Assembly (NCBI GenBank): GCA_001687465.1
Contig: LVLI01000536.1
Coordinates: 56,117-76,116, forward strand
Direction: 5' to 3'
Source of the DNA: Halocafeteria seosinensis
Taxonomy: Eukaryota
Length of the DNA stretch: 20,000 bases
Both the position numbers and the translations under genes were made by a program. Below the pieces are notes generated by a model. It was not told the origin of the DNA and did not search any database. It saw nothing but the letters and a program-made list of their open reading frames with translations. Below are positions 1 through 11,062 of this stretch, piece by piece. The stretch's first letter is position 1, and each line of letters starts with the position of its first letter.

Positions 1-2
1 TT

Positions 3-3000
3 GATAGCGAAGACATTCAGAAGCAGCTTCCCAAAGAATACAAAAGGTTCTCAACTGTGGATAAGAACTGGCGAGCTACGTTAAGCAGCGCTAAGGCCAA
101 TTCGAAGGCGATTAAATTTTGCAATAACGCGAAGCTTCTAGAGAAATTCCAAGAGAGTAATACATTTCTCGAACTTGTACAGAAGGAGCTTAGCGATTAT
201 TTGGAGACCAAAAGAGCTGCGTTTGCTCGCTTTTACTTCTTGTCTAATGACGAGCTCCTGGATATCTTGTCGTCTACCAAAGATCCTCGCGCTGTTCAAG
301 GCCATTTGAAGAAATGCTTCGAAGGGTTGAACAAAGTCGAGTTTACTGAGGATAATCTCATTATCAAGTTTATGTCAGAGCAGGGCGAAAAGATTGATTG
401 CGTGAGCTCTGTAGACCCGAAGGACAAGAATGTCGAGGTATGGATGAACGAAGTCGAAGCGCAAATGCGGGAATCCATCAAGCATGTATTATGGCGCGCT
501 ATTTGTGACTACACCGAACGCCCGAGAAACGACTGGATTCAGAAGTGGCCGGCTCAATGTGTGTTGAATGGGAGCCAACTTCACTGGACTCGCGAAGTGG
601 AAGAAGGTATTCAGGAAGCTGGTGCTGCTGGAGTTAAGCAGTGCTATGACAGACAGCTTGAGCAGCTACAAGACATGGTGAAACTTGTACGGGGGCGTTT
701 AGATAAACTAACGCGGACGCAAATTGGAGCCTTGGCTGTGCTTGATGTTCACGCTCGTGATGTAACGAAGAAGCTGGTTGAAGCCGAAGTAGGCGAAATG
801 AATGACTTCGACTGGATCAGTCAAATGCGGTATTACTGGACTGAAGGCGAAGAAGAAGGTGACATGCGCGTGCAGATGCTGTCAGCGGACCGTCCATACG
901 GCTATGAGTACTTGGGCAATACTGGGCGTCTGGTCATTACACCCTTGACGGATAAATGCTACCTTACTCTAATGGGGGCTGTCCAAATGAATCTCGGTGG
1001 TGCTCCGGCTGGTCCTGCAGGAACGGGCAAAACTGAGACCGTAAAGGATTTAGCCAAAGCCATCGCCCGTCAGTGTGTTGTCTTTAACTGCTCTGATGGT
1101 CTTGACTACATGGCAATGGGGAAGTTTTTTAAGGGTCTAGCCGCGTGCGGTGCTTGGGCATGCTTTGACGAGTTTAACAGGATTGATGTGGAAGTTCTGT
1201 CAGTGGTTGCGCAGCAGCTGATGACCCTTCAAAATGCCGTGGAGCAGGGACTTACTCAAATTATATTCGGAGACAGTGAAATCAAGGTGGATGCTCAGTA
1301 CGGTGCATTCATTACGATGAACCCGGGGTATGCCGGCAGAACCGAGCTACCTGATAACTTGAAGGCGCTGTTCCGTCCTGTCGCGATGATGGTTCCGGAT
1401 TATGCCTTGATTGCTGAAATTATGTTGTTTTCCTTTGGTTTCGACAAGGCAATGGACTGTGCTCGGAAGATGGTTGCAACATTCAAACTCTGTTCAGAAC
1501 AGTTATCGGCGCAGGACCACTACGATTACGGGATGCGGGCTGTGAATACCGTTATTACGGCTGCTGGTAATCTCAAAAGGCAGGATCCAGAAATGGACGA
1601 AGACGTACTTGTTTACAGAGCTATTCAAGACGTTAACTTACCGAAGTTTTTGGCCCATGACATCCCTCTCTTCCAGGGTATTCTTAGCGATTTATTCCCC
1701 GGAATAGAGCGCCCTACTATAGATTATGGTGACTTAATGCAGTCACTGACGTATTGCACTGAGCAGAGAGAATTACAACCAGTGCCCATTTTCTTGACCA
1801 AGTGCTTGCAACTGTATGAGACTATCATCGTGCGCCATGGTCTGATGGTAGTTGGGCCAACCGGAGGAGGAAAGAGCTCAATTATCAACGTCCTCTCCGA
1901 TGCTTTGAGTTTGATGGCTGAGAAGTCTAAGAGCGGCCCAATGGTGCATAACGTTCAAAAATACTTTCTGAATCCGAAGAGTATTACCATGGGTCAACTG
2001 TATGGTGAATTTGATCCCAATACGCATGAGTGGTCTGACGGTATTCTTGCGGGATTGGTTAGGAAGTGTGCGGACAGTGATAGCCCCAATCTTAAGTGGC
2101 TGATTTTCGATGGGCCGGTAGATGCACTCTGGATTGAAAACATGAACACGGTGCTTGATGACAACAAGAAATTGTGTCTTGTTTCAGGGGAAATCATTAA
2201 GCTTTCTTCCACAATGGAGGTCATGTTTGAGGTCGAAGATCTGTCAGTTGCTTCCCCTGCAACTGTTTCTCGATGTGGTATGGTTTACACTGAGCCGAGC
2301 TCGATGGGACTAAGCCCATTGATTCAGAGCTGGCTTGAGTCGTTGCCAAAATTCGTTACAAGCAAGATGAAAGCTGAGCTGCAAACTCTCTTCGATCAAT
2401 TCTTGCCTGGCACACTTTATTTCTTAAGACGCTATTTGATAGAGCCTGTGCCTACCGTCGATAATCAGCTGCTCCATTCACTGATGCACTTGCTAGACTG
2501 CCAGTTCGAACCCTTCGTTGAAAAGGAAGGTCGTGATCCGCCCACGAAGAAGCAGCTCGATGCCTTGGAGGAAAGCTTACCTGCCCTCTTCATGTTCAGT
2601 TTTGTATGGTCAGTAGGCGCCAGTACCGACAACAATGGCCGCGAGAGACTCGACGCGTTCATCCGTGCTACAATGGATCAATACCAGTTCAAGTTCCCGT
2701 TTCCGAAAGAAGGGTCAATTTACGACTACTGCTGGGAGTGTCCGCAGTCTATGTTCGATATATTCCGGCGAAACGGACAGGATCCTCCTGAAACTGCCGA
2801 AGAATGCAAAGGCAAGTGGGTGCCGTGGTTGGAAACAGCTCCAGAATACCAGTTCCCAAACAAGCCGTCGTTCGAGGAATTAATTATCCCGACAAAAGAC
2901 ACTATTCGTTACAAAGCTCTCGGCCGTGCACTGGTTACCAATGGCTACTACACGATGATGACGGGTGACACGGGAACTGGGAAAACCGTGAACATCATGG

Positions 3001-6000
3001 ATCTGTTGACGAAGGATTTGCCAGAGAGTTATGTGCCGTTGACTATCTCGTTCTCTGCTCAAACGTCTGCGAATCAAACACAAGATTTGATTGATAGCAA
3101 GTGCGAAAAGAGGCAGCGAGGAATTTATGGACCGACTGTTGGAACTTATTATGTCCTCTTTGTCGACGATTTTAACATGCCTCAGCGGGAAAAATATTTC
3201 GCTCAGCCTCCCATTGAACTGCTCCGCCAGTGGTGTGACTATCGTGGGTGGTTCGATCGCAAAGAGCGAACATTCCGGAAAATTGTTGACACAATATTGG
3301 TGGCGGCAATGGGCCCTCCGGGGGGTGGTAGGAACCCTGTTACACCGAGGATGATTCGACACTTTAATCTCGTTAACTACACTCCCATGGATAACGACAG
3401 TATGTTTAAGATCTTCAACACGATTCTGAAGAATTTCCTGAAGAACTTTGCAGAGCCTATTGCGGATATCGGTGATTCGCTTACACAGGCTACCATTGAC
3501 GTATACACCACTATTGCTGCTGAACTTTTGCCGACTCCGACCAAACCACACTATATGTTCAACTTACGAGATCTTGGAAAAGTTTTCCAAGGACTGCTAA
3601 TGGCCAATCCATCCAAAATGGAAGAAGCTGATGAGTTCCTGCGGCTATGGGTCCACGAATCGAGAAGAGTGTTCAAGGACCGTCTCATCAATGATGAAGA
3701 CGGGTCATGGTTTGACAATCTGCTCGAAACGCAGTTGAACAAGTACGCTGAGCAGTCTTTCCAGAAGATTGGAGTCGGAAAGCGTTTGATCTTTGGTGAC
3801 TATATGGTTCCTGGCGCCGATCCAAAAGTCTACGAGGAAGTGCGGGACATGGATAAAATTGTCCCAACGATTGAAGAGTATCTTCAGGACTACAATGCTG
3901 AAAGCAAAACTCCAATGAAACTAGTAATGTTTATTGATGCTATCGAACATGTATCTCGAATCAGCCGTATTTTGAGGCAGCCTCAGGGGAACGCACTCCT
4001 CCTTGGAGTTGGCGGTAGTGGTCGACAAAGCTTGAGTCGGCTTGCGACATTCATGGCCGATTACAACATTTTCCAGATCGAGGTTAGCAAAGGATACGGC
4101 AAGAATGAATGGAAGGAAGACATCAAGAGTTGCCTGATGAAGGCTGGTGTGGAGCAGAAGCAAATTGTGTTCCTGTTCAACGATACCCAAATCGTGTTTG
4201 AGGGGATGATAGAAGACATCAACAGTATCCTAAACTCAGGTGATGTTCCGAACTTATACTCTACTGAGGACATGGACACTATCATTCAGGCGTGCCGCCG
4301 TGAGTGCGTCTCACGTCGAATTGCACCGACGAAGATTAATATTTTTTCGCAATATTTGCGAAGAGTTAGAGCGAATATTCATGTCGTTGTCTGTATGAGC
4401 CCTATGGGTGAGGCGTTCCGAGACCGTCTGCGTATGTTCCCCGCTCTCGTCAATTGCTGCACTATTGACTGGTTCAGTGAATGGCCCGACGAGGCGCTTC
4501 GATCGGTAGCCCACTCGCAGCTGGAAGATATGAATCTGAACCTTGGCGACCATACGGCGAGTTGTGTTGAATTCTTCCGAGTGGTTCATCAAAGCGTGAC
4601 GGAAGCCTCCAAGGAGTATTACGAAACGCTGCGCAGGTACAACTATGTAACTCCGACGTCCTACTTGGAGTTGCTGTCGACGTTTGGTTCGGTCCTCCAG
4701 AGGAAACGCAACGAAGTGGATACTCTGCGTCAGCGTTTGCAAACTGGTCTAGACAAACTTGTTTCCACCCAACAAACCGTTGAACAATTACAGGAAGAGC
4801 TAACAGAAATGGAGCCCCAGCTTAAGGAGACGCAAAAAGAAGTGGACGAAATGATCGTGCAGATTGACAAGGACAAAGCAGACGCTGCTGAAACAAAAGA
4901 AGTCGTTGAAAAAGAGGAGCAACAGGCGTCGAAAATGGCTGAGGAAACTAAAGCAATCGCAGATGATGCTCAGGCGGACTTGGATAAAGCACTTCCAGCT
5001 CTTGATGAGGCTGTAAAGTGTTTGAAGGACCTGAAGAAGAATGATATTGACGAGCTCAAGAGTCTAAAGCAGGCGCCGAAGGGCGTTATATTGACAATGC
5101 ATGCTGCCTGTCTCATGTTTGGAGTTAAGCCAGTGATGAGAAAAGACCCCGATCAGATGGGGAAGAAGATCAAAGATTACTGGGAGGCTGCCAAGACGAC
5201 GCTTCTGAAGGACGCTAACAAGTTTTTGAAAGACTTGCTCGAATACGAGAAAGATGCGATCCCCGAGAGTACCATTAAGGAGATTGAATCATTCATGAAC
5301 AATCCTGAATTCACTCCGAAGGAAGTTGATAAATCGAGCAAGGCTTGCTCTGGTGTGTGTATGTGGGTGCGAGCCATGTACAACTATCACACGATTGCGA
5401 AGCAGGTAGAACCAAAGAAGAAGCGTCTTGCGGAAGCCCAAGCTGAACTCGACAAGACAACTGCGAAACTCAATGAGGCAAAGCAGCGTCTGAAGGAAAC
5501 TGAAGACAAAGTAGCTGAATTGGAGGAGAAGTTTGATGCTGCGAAGAAGCGGAAGGAAGACTTGGGGCAACAGGTCGAACAATGTCAGGCGCGCCTCGCC
5601 AGGGCCGAAAAGCTGATTGGTGGGCTTGGCGGCGAGAAACAACGCTGGACTGAGACGGTTGCTCAGTTGAATGAAGATTATAAACATCTCGTCGGAGATG
5701 CACTTGTATCCTCTGGGACAATTGCGTACCTGGGACCATTCACGTCGGAATTTAGGCATCGACTTGTTGAGCAATGGCAAGAAGAACTTGCTCGCCTGGA
5801 AGTACCACACACCGAGGGATGCGATGTGCAAAAAACCTTGGCAGAACCTGTTCGCATCCGGGCGTGGAATATTGCGGGTCTACCTGCAGATAGTCACTCC
5901 GTGGAAAACGGTATAATCATGTGGAATGCTCGACGATGGCCACTACTTATCGATCCGCAAGGCCAAGCGAATCGCTATATCAAGAACATGGGGAAAGATA

Positions 6001-9000
6001 AGGAAAATGCTCCGAACGATATGGATGTTGTAAGGTTGGATGAAAAGAAGTTCCTTCAGAACCTCGAAAATGGCATCCGTTTTGGGAAATGGATTCTTCT
6101 CGAGAATATCGGAGAGAGTCTGGATGCTACCATTGAGCCTGTGCTACAGCAGCAGAAATTCAAGCAAAGCGGGACCGAGATGATAAAATTGGGAGATAGC
6201 GTGATCCCTTACAACGACGATTTCAGGTTCTTCATAACCACTAAGCTTCCTAACCCGCATTATCCTCCTGAAGTGGCAGTGAAGGTATCGCTACTGAATT
6301 TCACGATTACCCCTCAGGGTCTCGAGGACCAAATGTTGGGTGTTTTCATCGTAAATGAGCTGCCAGAACTGGAAGAACGCAAGAATACCCTTACTCTAGA
6401 AAACGCTCGCATGAGACGGGAACTTAAAGAAATTGAGGACAAGATCTTGCATCTACTTAGTACTTCTGAAGGGAATATTTTGGACGACGAAGAGCTCATC
6501 GAGACTCTGTCCAAATCGAAGGTTACTTCCGAAGACATCAAGACTCAAGTTAAGGCCGCTGAGGAGACGGAGAAGGAGATTGATGACACACGTGAGAAGT
6601 ACCGCCCTGTCGCATTCCGCGCTTCCGTTCTGTATTTCTGTATCTCGGACCTGGCGGGTGTAGACCCAATGTACCAGTATTCTCTTCCGTGGTTTACAAA
6701 CTTATTCGTGAACGGTATTCGCAACTCTGAACAGTCTGAGGAAGTTGAGAAGCGTATTGAAAGCCTGAACTCGTTTTTCACATACTTGATGTACAAAAAC
6801 GTGTGTCGCTCCCTGTTCGAGCGGCATAAATTGTTGTTTTCATTTTTGATGACCATTCGAATACTTCAAGGGGAGAAAAAGGTGGATTCAACCGAATGGC
6901 AATTCCTTATCTCCGGAAGGGGAGGTGGTAACCCCCCGGATGAAGAAAACCCGGACCCCTCTTGGATTACTAACCGCATTTGGACGGAAGTGTGCAACTT
7001 ATCCACTGTTCCCTTCTTTGAAGGCCTGCTCACCGCATTTCAAGAACAGACCTCTCAGTTCCAGGAAATGTTTGATGCGTCTGAGACACAAGAAATGTCC
7101 ATGCCTGATGCGTTCGAGCGAAAGAACCCGAATGGCATCGAGCGTATGTGCCTTCTACGTGCGCTTCGACCGGATCAGATGACACAAGCGGTACAAGATT
7201 TCGTGGAGCAGCAACTCGGACGGCGCTATATTGAACCTCCCCCCTTCGATTTGAACTCCTGTTTCGAAGATTCGACGGTCACTACGCCTCTCATTTTTGT
7301 CCTCAGCACCGGCTCAGATCCGACGACAGCATTTTACAACTTTGCCGAGTCTGTAGGGATGAAGAGTAAGGTCGAAGGTATTTCTCTTGGGCAGGGACAA
7401 GGGCCTAAGGCCGCAACCCTTATTGAGCGTGCTCAGACGGAGGGTCAGTGGGTATTACTCCAAAATTGTCATCTTGCTGCATCTTGGATGCCTGAATTGG
7501 AACGTATTTGTGAGAATATCGATCCAGAGAGAGTGTCGAGTGATTTCCGTTTGTGGCTCACGTCAATGCCTTCGAAGGCTTTCCCTGTCTCTGTCCTGCA
7601 GAATGGTATCAAAATGACCAACGAACCGCCAAAGGGTCTTCGGCAGAATCTGCGAAACTTTTTTTACGGTCTAGATGATGAACAACTTAGTATCACAAAT
7701 AATCCCTACGCGTACCGGAAATTGTTATTCGGGCTTGCTTTCTTCCATGCGATTGTGCAAGAGAGGAAGAAATTCGGTCCGCTTGGATGGAACAAGCCAT
7801 ATGAATTTAACGCTAGTGACCTCGAGATCTCGAAGAAGCAGTTGGAAAAGTACATTGATGAGTATGAAGAGATCCCCTATCGTGTGCTAAACTTTTTAAC
7901 CTCCTACATCAACTACGGTGGGCGTGTCACCGACGACAAGGATCTGCGAACAATCGATATAATCCTTAGAGACTTCTATTGCGAAGAAATTATGGAAGAC
8001 GGATATCGTTTCTCGGAGTCTGGCACTTATTATTCGATCCCGTTCGACGACGAGCAACCCCAAAAGAGTGTTATGGACTACATCGAGCAGCTGCCGTTCA
8101 ACGCTGATCCCGAGATCTTTGGCATGCACTCCAATGCTAATATTATTTGCAACCAAAACGAGACGTTTGAACTGTTCGACATCTTGGTGTCACTCCAACC
8201 ACGAGCTCAGTCCTCGGGAGGAAAGAGCAGGGAAGAAATTATAGCGGAGACTTGCCGAGACATTCAAAGCCGCTTGCCTGATCCTTTTGATATCGAATCC
8301 CTAAGCATGAAGTACCCTGTGCGTTACGAGGAAAGTATGAACACAGTCCTGGTACAAGAGTGCATCCGATACAACAGGTTGATAAAGGTAATGCGGAGCA
8401 CTTTGACGGAGATTCAGCGAGCGCTTAAAGGTTTGGTGGTTATGAGCAGCGATTTGGATGATATGGGTAGTGCTATTGTGAGCCAGAAGGTTCCCCCAAT
8501 GTGGGAAGCCAAAGCCTATCCAAGCTTAAAGCCACTTGGCCCATGGGTGACAGAGTTACTTGATAGACTTCACTTCATCCAGAAATGGGTAGACAACGGC
8601 CCGCCAGCGGCCTTTTGGATTAGTGGTTTCTACTTCCCGCAGGCGTTCTTGACAGGAACGTTACAAAACTACGCCCGTAAATACCAGTATCCCATTGATA
8701 CCATTGACTTCAATTTCCACATACTAAAGTGTGAATGGACGGAGCTCCACGAGAAACCGGAAGACGGGTGTTACATTTACGGTCTGTTTTTGGAGGGAGC
8801 TAGATGGAACGCATCAAAGCAAGTAGTGGACGACTCAATCCCAAAGCAGCTTTATACGTCTCTACCTCCAATTCATCTCGAACCAGCCCAGCATCGGAAG
8901 ATACCAACTGAGAATGTGTACCGCTGCCCTGTTTACAAGATACTCTCTCGATGGGGTACTCTGTCAACGACGGGGCATAGCTCGAATTTCGTCATGTGGA

Positions 9001-9107
9001 TAGAATTGCCTTCTGATAGAGGGCACACGATCAACGACGTCGGACTCGCCGACAGTGCGACGTGGATCAAAGCTGGTGTTGCTGCTTTCTGCAGTCTTCG
9101 CTATTGA
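3..9107 (+). CDS. DNAH1: Axonemal dynein heavy chain, single-headed inner-arm type (DNAH1-like); 5' end lies outside the window
   Basis: The frame is open from base 3 (DSEDIQKQLPKEYKRF...), so the GTG at 57 is not the start; stop TGA at 9105-9107. Four P-loops: GPAGTGKT (~1011), GPTGGGKS (~1854), GDTGTGKT (~2964), GVGGSGRQ (~4005). Signature motifs CFDEFNRID, FITMNPGYAGRTELPDNLKALFRPVAMMVPDY, QDHYDYGMRAV, FDGPVDALWIENMNTVLDDNKKLCL, a coiled-coil stalk, RWPLLIDPQGQA, and C-terminal GTLSTTGHSSNFV. Dynein HC identity is certain; DNAH1 versus other single-headed classes is from remembered motif variants and less sure. Confidence 0.93.
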   Translation, partial: DSEDIQKQLPKEYKRFSTVDKNWRATLSSAKANSKAIKFCNNAKLLEKFQESNTFLELVQKELSDYLETKRAAFARFYFLSNDELLDILSSTKDPRAVQGHLKKCFEGLNKVEFTEDNLIIKFMSEQGEKIDCVSSVDPKDKNVEVWMNEVEAQMRESIKHVLWRAICDYTERPRNDWIQKWPAQCVLNGSQLHWTREVEEGIQEAGAAGVKQCYDRQLEQLQDMVKLVRGRLDKLTRTQIGALAVLDVHARDVTKKLVEAEVGEMNDFDWISQMRYYWTEGEEEGDMRVQMLSADRPYGYEYLGNTGRLVITPLTDKCYLTLMGAVQMNLGGAPAGPAGTGKTETVKDLAKAIARQCVVFNCSDGLDYMAMGKFFKGLAACGAWACFDEFNRIDVEVLSVVAQQLMTLQNAVEQGLTQIIFGDSEIKVDAQYGAFITMNPGYAGRTELPDNLKALFRPVAMMVPDYALIAEIMLFSFGFDKAMDCARKMVATFKLCSEQLSAQDHYDYGMRAVNTVITAAGNLKRQDPEMDEDVLVYRAIQDVNLPKFLAHDIPLFQGILSDLFPGIERPTIDYGDLMQSLTYCTEQRELQPVPIFLTKCLQLYETIIVRHGLMVVGPTGGGKSSIINVLSDALSLMAEKSKSGPMVHNVQKYFLNPKSITMGQLYGEFDPNTHEWSDGILAGLVRKCADSDSPNLKWLIFDGPVDALWIENMNTVLDDNKKLCLVSGEIIKLSSTMEVMFEVEDLSVASPATVSRCGMVYTEPSSMGLSPLIQSWLESLPKFVTSKMKAELQTLFDQFLPGTLYFLRRYLIEPVPTVDNQLLHSLMHLLDCQFEPFVEKEGRDPPTKKQLDALEESLPALFMFSFVWSVGASTDNNGRERLDAFIRATMDQYQFKFPFPKEGSIYDYCWECPQSMFDIFRRNGQDPPETAEECKGKWVPWLETAPEYQFPNKPSFEELIIPTKDTIRYKALGRALVTNGYYTMMTGDTGTGKTVNIMDLLTKDLPESYVPLTISFSAQTSANQTQDLIDSKCEKRQRGIYGPTVGTYYVLFVDDFNMPQREKYFAQPPIELLRQWCDYRGWFDRKERTFRKIVDTILVAAMGPPGGGRNPVTPRMIRHFNLVNYTPMDNDSMFKIFNTILKNFLKNFAEPIADIGDSLTQATIDVYTTIAAELLPTPTKPHYMFNLRDLGKVFQGLLMANPSKMEEADEFLRLWVHESRRVFKDRLINDEDGSWFDNLLETQLNKYAEQSFQKIGVGKRLIFGDYMVPGADPKVYEEVRDMDKIVPTIEEYLQDYNAESKTPMKLVMFIDAIEHVSRISRILRQPQGNALLLGVGGSGRQSLSRLATFMADYNIFQIEVSKGYGKNEWKEDIKSCLMKAGVEQKQIVFLFNDTQIVFEGMIEDINSILNSGDVPNLYSTEDMDTIIQACRRECVSRRIAPTKINIFSQYLRRVRANIHVVVCMSPMGEAFRDRLRMFPALVNCCTIDWFSEWPDEALRSVAHSQLEDMNLNLGDHTASCVEFFRVVHQSVTEASKEYYETLRRYNYVTPTSYLELLSTFGSVLQRKRNEVDTLRQRLQTGLDKLVSTQQTVEQLQEELTEMEPQLKETQKEVDEMIVQIDKDKADAAETKEVVEKEEQQASKMAEETKAIADDAQADLDKALPALDEAVKCLKDLKKNDIDELKSLKQAPKGVILTMHAACLMFGVKPVMRKDPDQMGKKIKDYWEAAKTTLLKDANKFLKDLLEYEKDAIPESTIKEIESFMNNPEFTPKEVDKSSKACSGVCMWVRAMYNYHTIAKQVEPKKKRLAEAQAELDKTTAKLNEAKQRLKETEDKVAELEEKFDAAKKRKEDLGQQVEQCQARLARAEKLIGGLGGEKQRWTETVAQLNEDYKHLVGDALVSSGTIAYLGPFTSEFRHRLVEQWQEELARLEVPHTEGCDVQKTLAEPVRIRAWNIAGLPADSHSVENGIIMWNARRWPLLIDPQGQANRYIKNMGKDKENAPNDMDVVRLDEKKFLQNLENGIRFGKWILLENIGESLDATIEPVLQQQKFKQSGTEMIKLGDSVIPYNDDFRFFITTKLPNPHYPPEVAVKVSLLNFTITPQGLEDQMLGVFIVNELPELEERKNTLTLENARMRRELKEIEDKILHLLSTSEGNILDDEELIETLSKSKVTSEDIKTQVKAAEETEKEIDDTREKYRPVAFRASVLYFCISDLAGVDPMYQYSLPWFTNLFVNGIRNSEQSEEVEKRIESLNSFFTYLMYKNVCRSLFERHKLLFSFLMTIRILQGEKKVDSTEWQFLISGRGGGNPPDEENPDPSWITNRIWTEVCNLSTVPFFEGLLTAFQEQTSQFQEMFDASETQEMSMPDAFERKNPNGIERMCLLRALRPDQMTQAVQDFVEQQLGRRYIEPPPFDLNSCFEDSTVTTPLIFVLSTGSDPTTAFYNFAESVGMKSKVEGISLGQGQGPKAATLIERAQTEGQWVLLQNCHLAASWMPELERICENIDPERVSSDFRLWLTSMPSKAFPVSVLQNGIKMTNEPPKGLRQNLRNFFYGLDDEQLSITNNPYAYRKLLFGLAFFHAIVQERKKFGPLGWNKPYEFNASDLEISKKQLEKYIDEYEEIPYRVLNFLTSYINYGGRVTDDKDLRTIDIILRDFYCEEIMEDGYRFSESGTYYSIPFDDEQPQKSVMDYIEQLPFNADPEIFGMHSNANIICNQNETFELFDILVSLQPRAQSSGGKSREEIIAETCRDIQSRLPDPFDIESLSMKYPVRYEESMNTVLVQECIRYNRLIKVMRSTLTEIQRALKGLVVMSSDLDDMGSAIVSQKVPPMWEAKAYPSLKPLGPWVTELLDRLHFIQKWVDNGPPAAFWISGFYFPQAFLTGTLQNYARKYQYPIDTIDFNFHILKCEWTELHEKPEDGCYIYGLFLEGARWNASKQVVDDSIPKQLYTSLPPIHLEPAQHRKIPTENVYRCPVYKILSRWGTLSTTGHSSNFVMWIELPSDRGHTINDVGLADSATWIKAGVAAFCSLRY

Positions 9108-9628
9108 GAGTATTTTTTGTTCAGTCCGTAAAGCAATACACAAAACATATACTACTTTACACTCAGTCTCGTCTCAGTGTTCTCGAGTTCAGCATCAAAA
9201 GTTCAGTTGCAATTGGAAGCGCACTCACACGAGTTTAGTTTGTTGCAGTTCATTTGGGTTAGGGGACAGTTAGTTCTGTTTACAGTTCTTGGAAAAATAA
9301 GCGCCGATTTTCCGCTCCAATTCCACAGTGGAAGTGCACATTGTAACGACGTGCCAGGTAGCTGCTAGCATTTTCCGCTCGTGCGACGGGATTGAACTTC
9401 ATTGAAGTCTTCCTGGGCTTCCGCGGGAACAAGTCCCGGCCGTGGGTATAAATTGTAGGTAGTGCATGCACTGTTAGAGCGCTCGGTACTGCCAGTTATT
9501 TGTGCTTGGTGTTAGTAGGTAGATAGCACTGATGTCTAGTCTTGTAAGCAAAAAGCACTGTAATGACGCTGTGTAGTGTATGAGACAACCAGTGACGGTA
9601 GTTTATTGTTATTCTATCGATACAGGCG

Positions 9629-11062
9629 ATGGTTCCCTCTCTTGTTGTGGTATTTGTGCTAGTTTGGAAGAGACAGAGGCCAACGAAGCCGTTGTCCTAT
9701 TGTTTGTGTTTGATACTGGTGGCACTGGTGGGGCTCCCAGTTACATGCAGAGCGTTCCCAGACGTCCGACACAGTGTGATAGATGGACAGAATGCGCTCA
9801 TGCGGTATAATGCTTCAAACAAAACATTTTTTCTCATCGGCAACCTCAGTAACCCACTGTCAAATCGGTTTCTATCGCTGCATGCACACGAGACTTTCGA
9901 TGGCCGAGGGTTCAGTATAGATTTAACCGGCACGGAGCAAACTGGATTGTTTACCATCAATGAGACCATGGTGCAATCTATGGAGCAGAGCCCACTCATC
10001 TGGAACTTGCATGTCATTGGCGGAAACTTGGAAGTCGGTGGTGGATTTATATTAAAGGGCCACCAAAAGTTCGCTCGAATTGAATCCTGCAGTTCTACGG
10101 GGAATATTCCACCTCTTGGTGGTGGAATAGTGGGGCGGGGATGCGATGAAATTCATATCTCCAAGTCATTTTCCACTGGATTCATCGATACTCAAGCTGG
10201 GGGAATAGTCGGGGCTAAATCAATGAATGTTGACGTTACTGACTGTTTCTCCACCGGACCGATCGGCGGAACGCGATCCGGTGGAATTGTAGGCGCTGGA
10301 GCCAAGGAACTATTGAGCATTTCCCGGTCATATTCGCACGGTGACGTTTTGCAGGAAGGAAGTGGTGGACTTGTTGGCGCTTCGACTGATGAATCCTCCG
10401 ATATTCGAGTCTCTGAATGCTTTTCTACCGGAGATATCGTGGGTACTGCCATTGGAGGAGGGGGAATTGTAGGGATGGACACTCTTGGCTCTGTTTCCAT
10501 ATCTGATTCGTACACCACAGGCAATATCGAGGCTATTAATGCTGGAGGAATTATGGGAGGAGAGTCTGGAATGGCAACTGTATCTATAAGGAATACGTAC
10601 GCAAGTGGAAGGATAGATTCAAATGGCACCAGTGGCGGCATTGTCGGTAGTGTTAAGCCCGAAGCAACAGTGTTCGAAATTGAATATTCGGTATATAACT
10701 CTAGTATGGGTGCAGTGGACATAGCTGCAGAGGGATCTGAGCATATAAGCTTGGACAAGGGGAATTCAGGGTCACTGGGGGATATAATGGGAAAACTCTA
10801 CTGCGTAAATGGTAGCTGCTGGTCGGAAGACATTTGGATCACTAGCGGCACGTTTCATCCTCCCATTCTTCGATTTCAGCTCCCCTATATGCCCCCAGCC
10901 GCTACCGTTTCACCTACTCCTTCAAGGAGTCCAGGATTTACCAGCTCACCCTCGTCCGAGAGCAAAGCACGGCCAAGTGTTATACGCACAGTTCAGTTTC
11001 CACATAGGACCATAAAAATCGGCAATATGGACCAAAAGAAAGAACGTTTCAATCCCATTTGA
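9629..11062 (+). CDS. Putative secreted GLUG-motif repeat (beta-helix-like) protein with short Ser/Pro/Thr tail, 477 aa
   Basis: Hydrophobic N-terminus (LSYCLCLILVALVGLPVTCRA). Seven ~25-30 aa repeats of form [S/C]xSxGx[I/V]xxx(x)GG[I/L]VG. Cap WSEDIW...PILRFQ, then a PAATVSPTPSRSP tract. Colinear paralogue at 11872-13635. Confidence 0.8.
   Translation: MVPSLVVVFVLVWKRQRPTKPLSYCLCLILVALVGLPVTCRAFPDVRHSVIDGQNALMRYNASNKTFFLIGNLSNPLSNRFLSLHAHETFDGRGFSIDLTGTEQTGLFTINETMVQSMEQSPLIWNLHVIGGNLEVGGGFILKGHQKFARIESCSSTGNIPPLGGGIVGRGCDEIHISKSFSTGFIDTQAGGIVGAKSMNVDVTDCFSTGPIGGTRSGGIVGAGAKELLSISRSYSHGDVLQEGSGGLVGASTDESSDIRVSECFSTGDIVGTAIGGGGIVGMDTLGSVSISDSYTTGNIEAINAGGIMGGESGMATVSIRNTYASGRIDSNGTSGGIVGSVKPEATVFEIEYSVYNSSMGAVDIAAEGSEHISLDKGNSGSLGDIMGKLYCVNGSCWSEDIWITSGTFHPPILRFQLPYMPPAATVSPTPSRSPGFTSSPSSESKARPSVIRTVQFPHRTIKIGNMDQKKERFNPI

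Noticed and set aside
57..59. Dynein start codon at 57
   Set aside because: It is an internal GTG (Val); the frame is open and dynein-like back to the window start.
296..8156. Many short antisense and off-frame ORFs inside the dynein gene (e.g. 2880-3551, 5289-5831)
   Set aside because: Shadow ORFs of a long coding region with no recognisable motifs.
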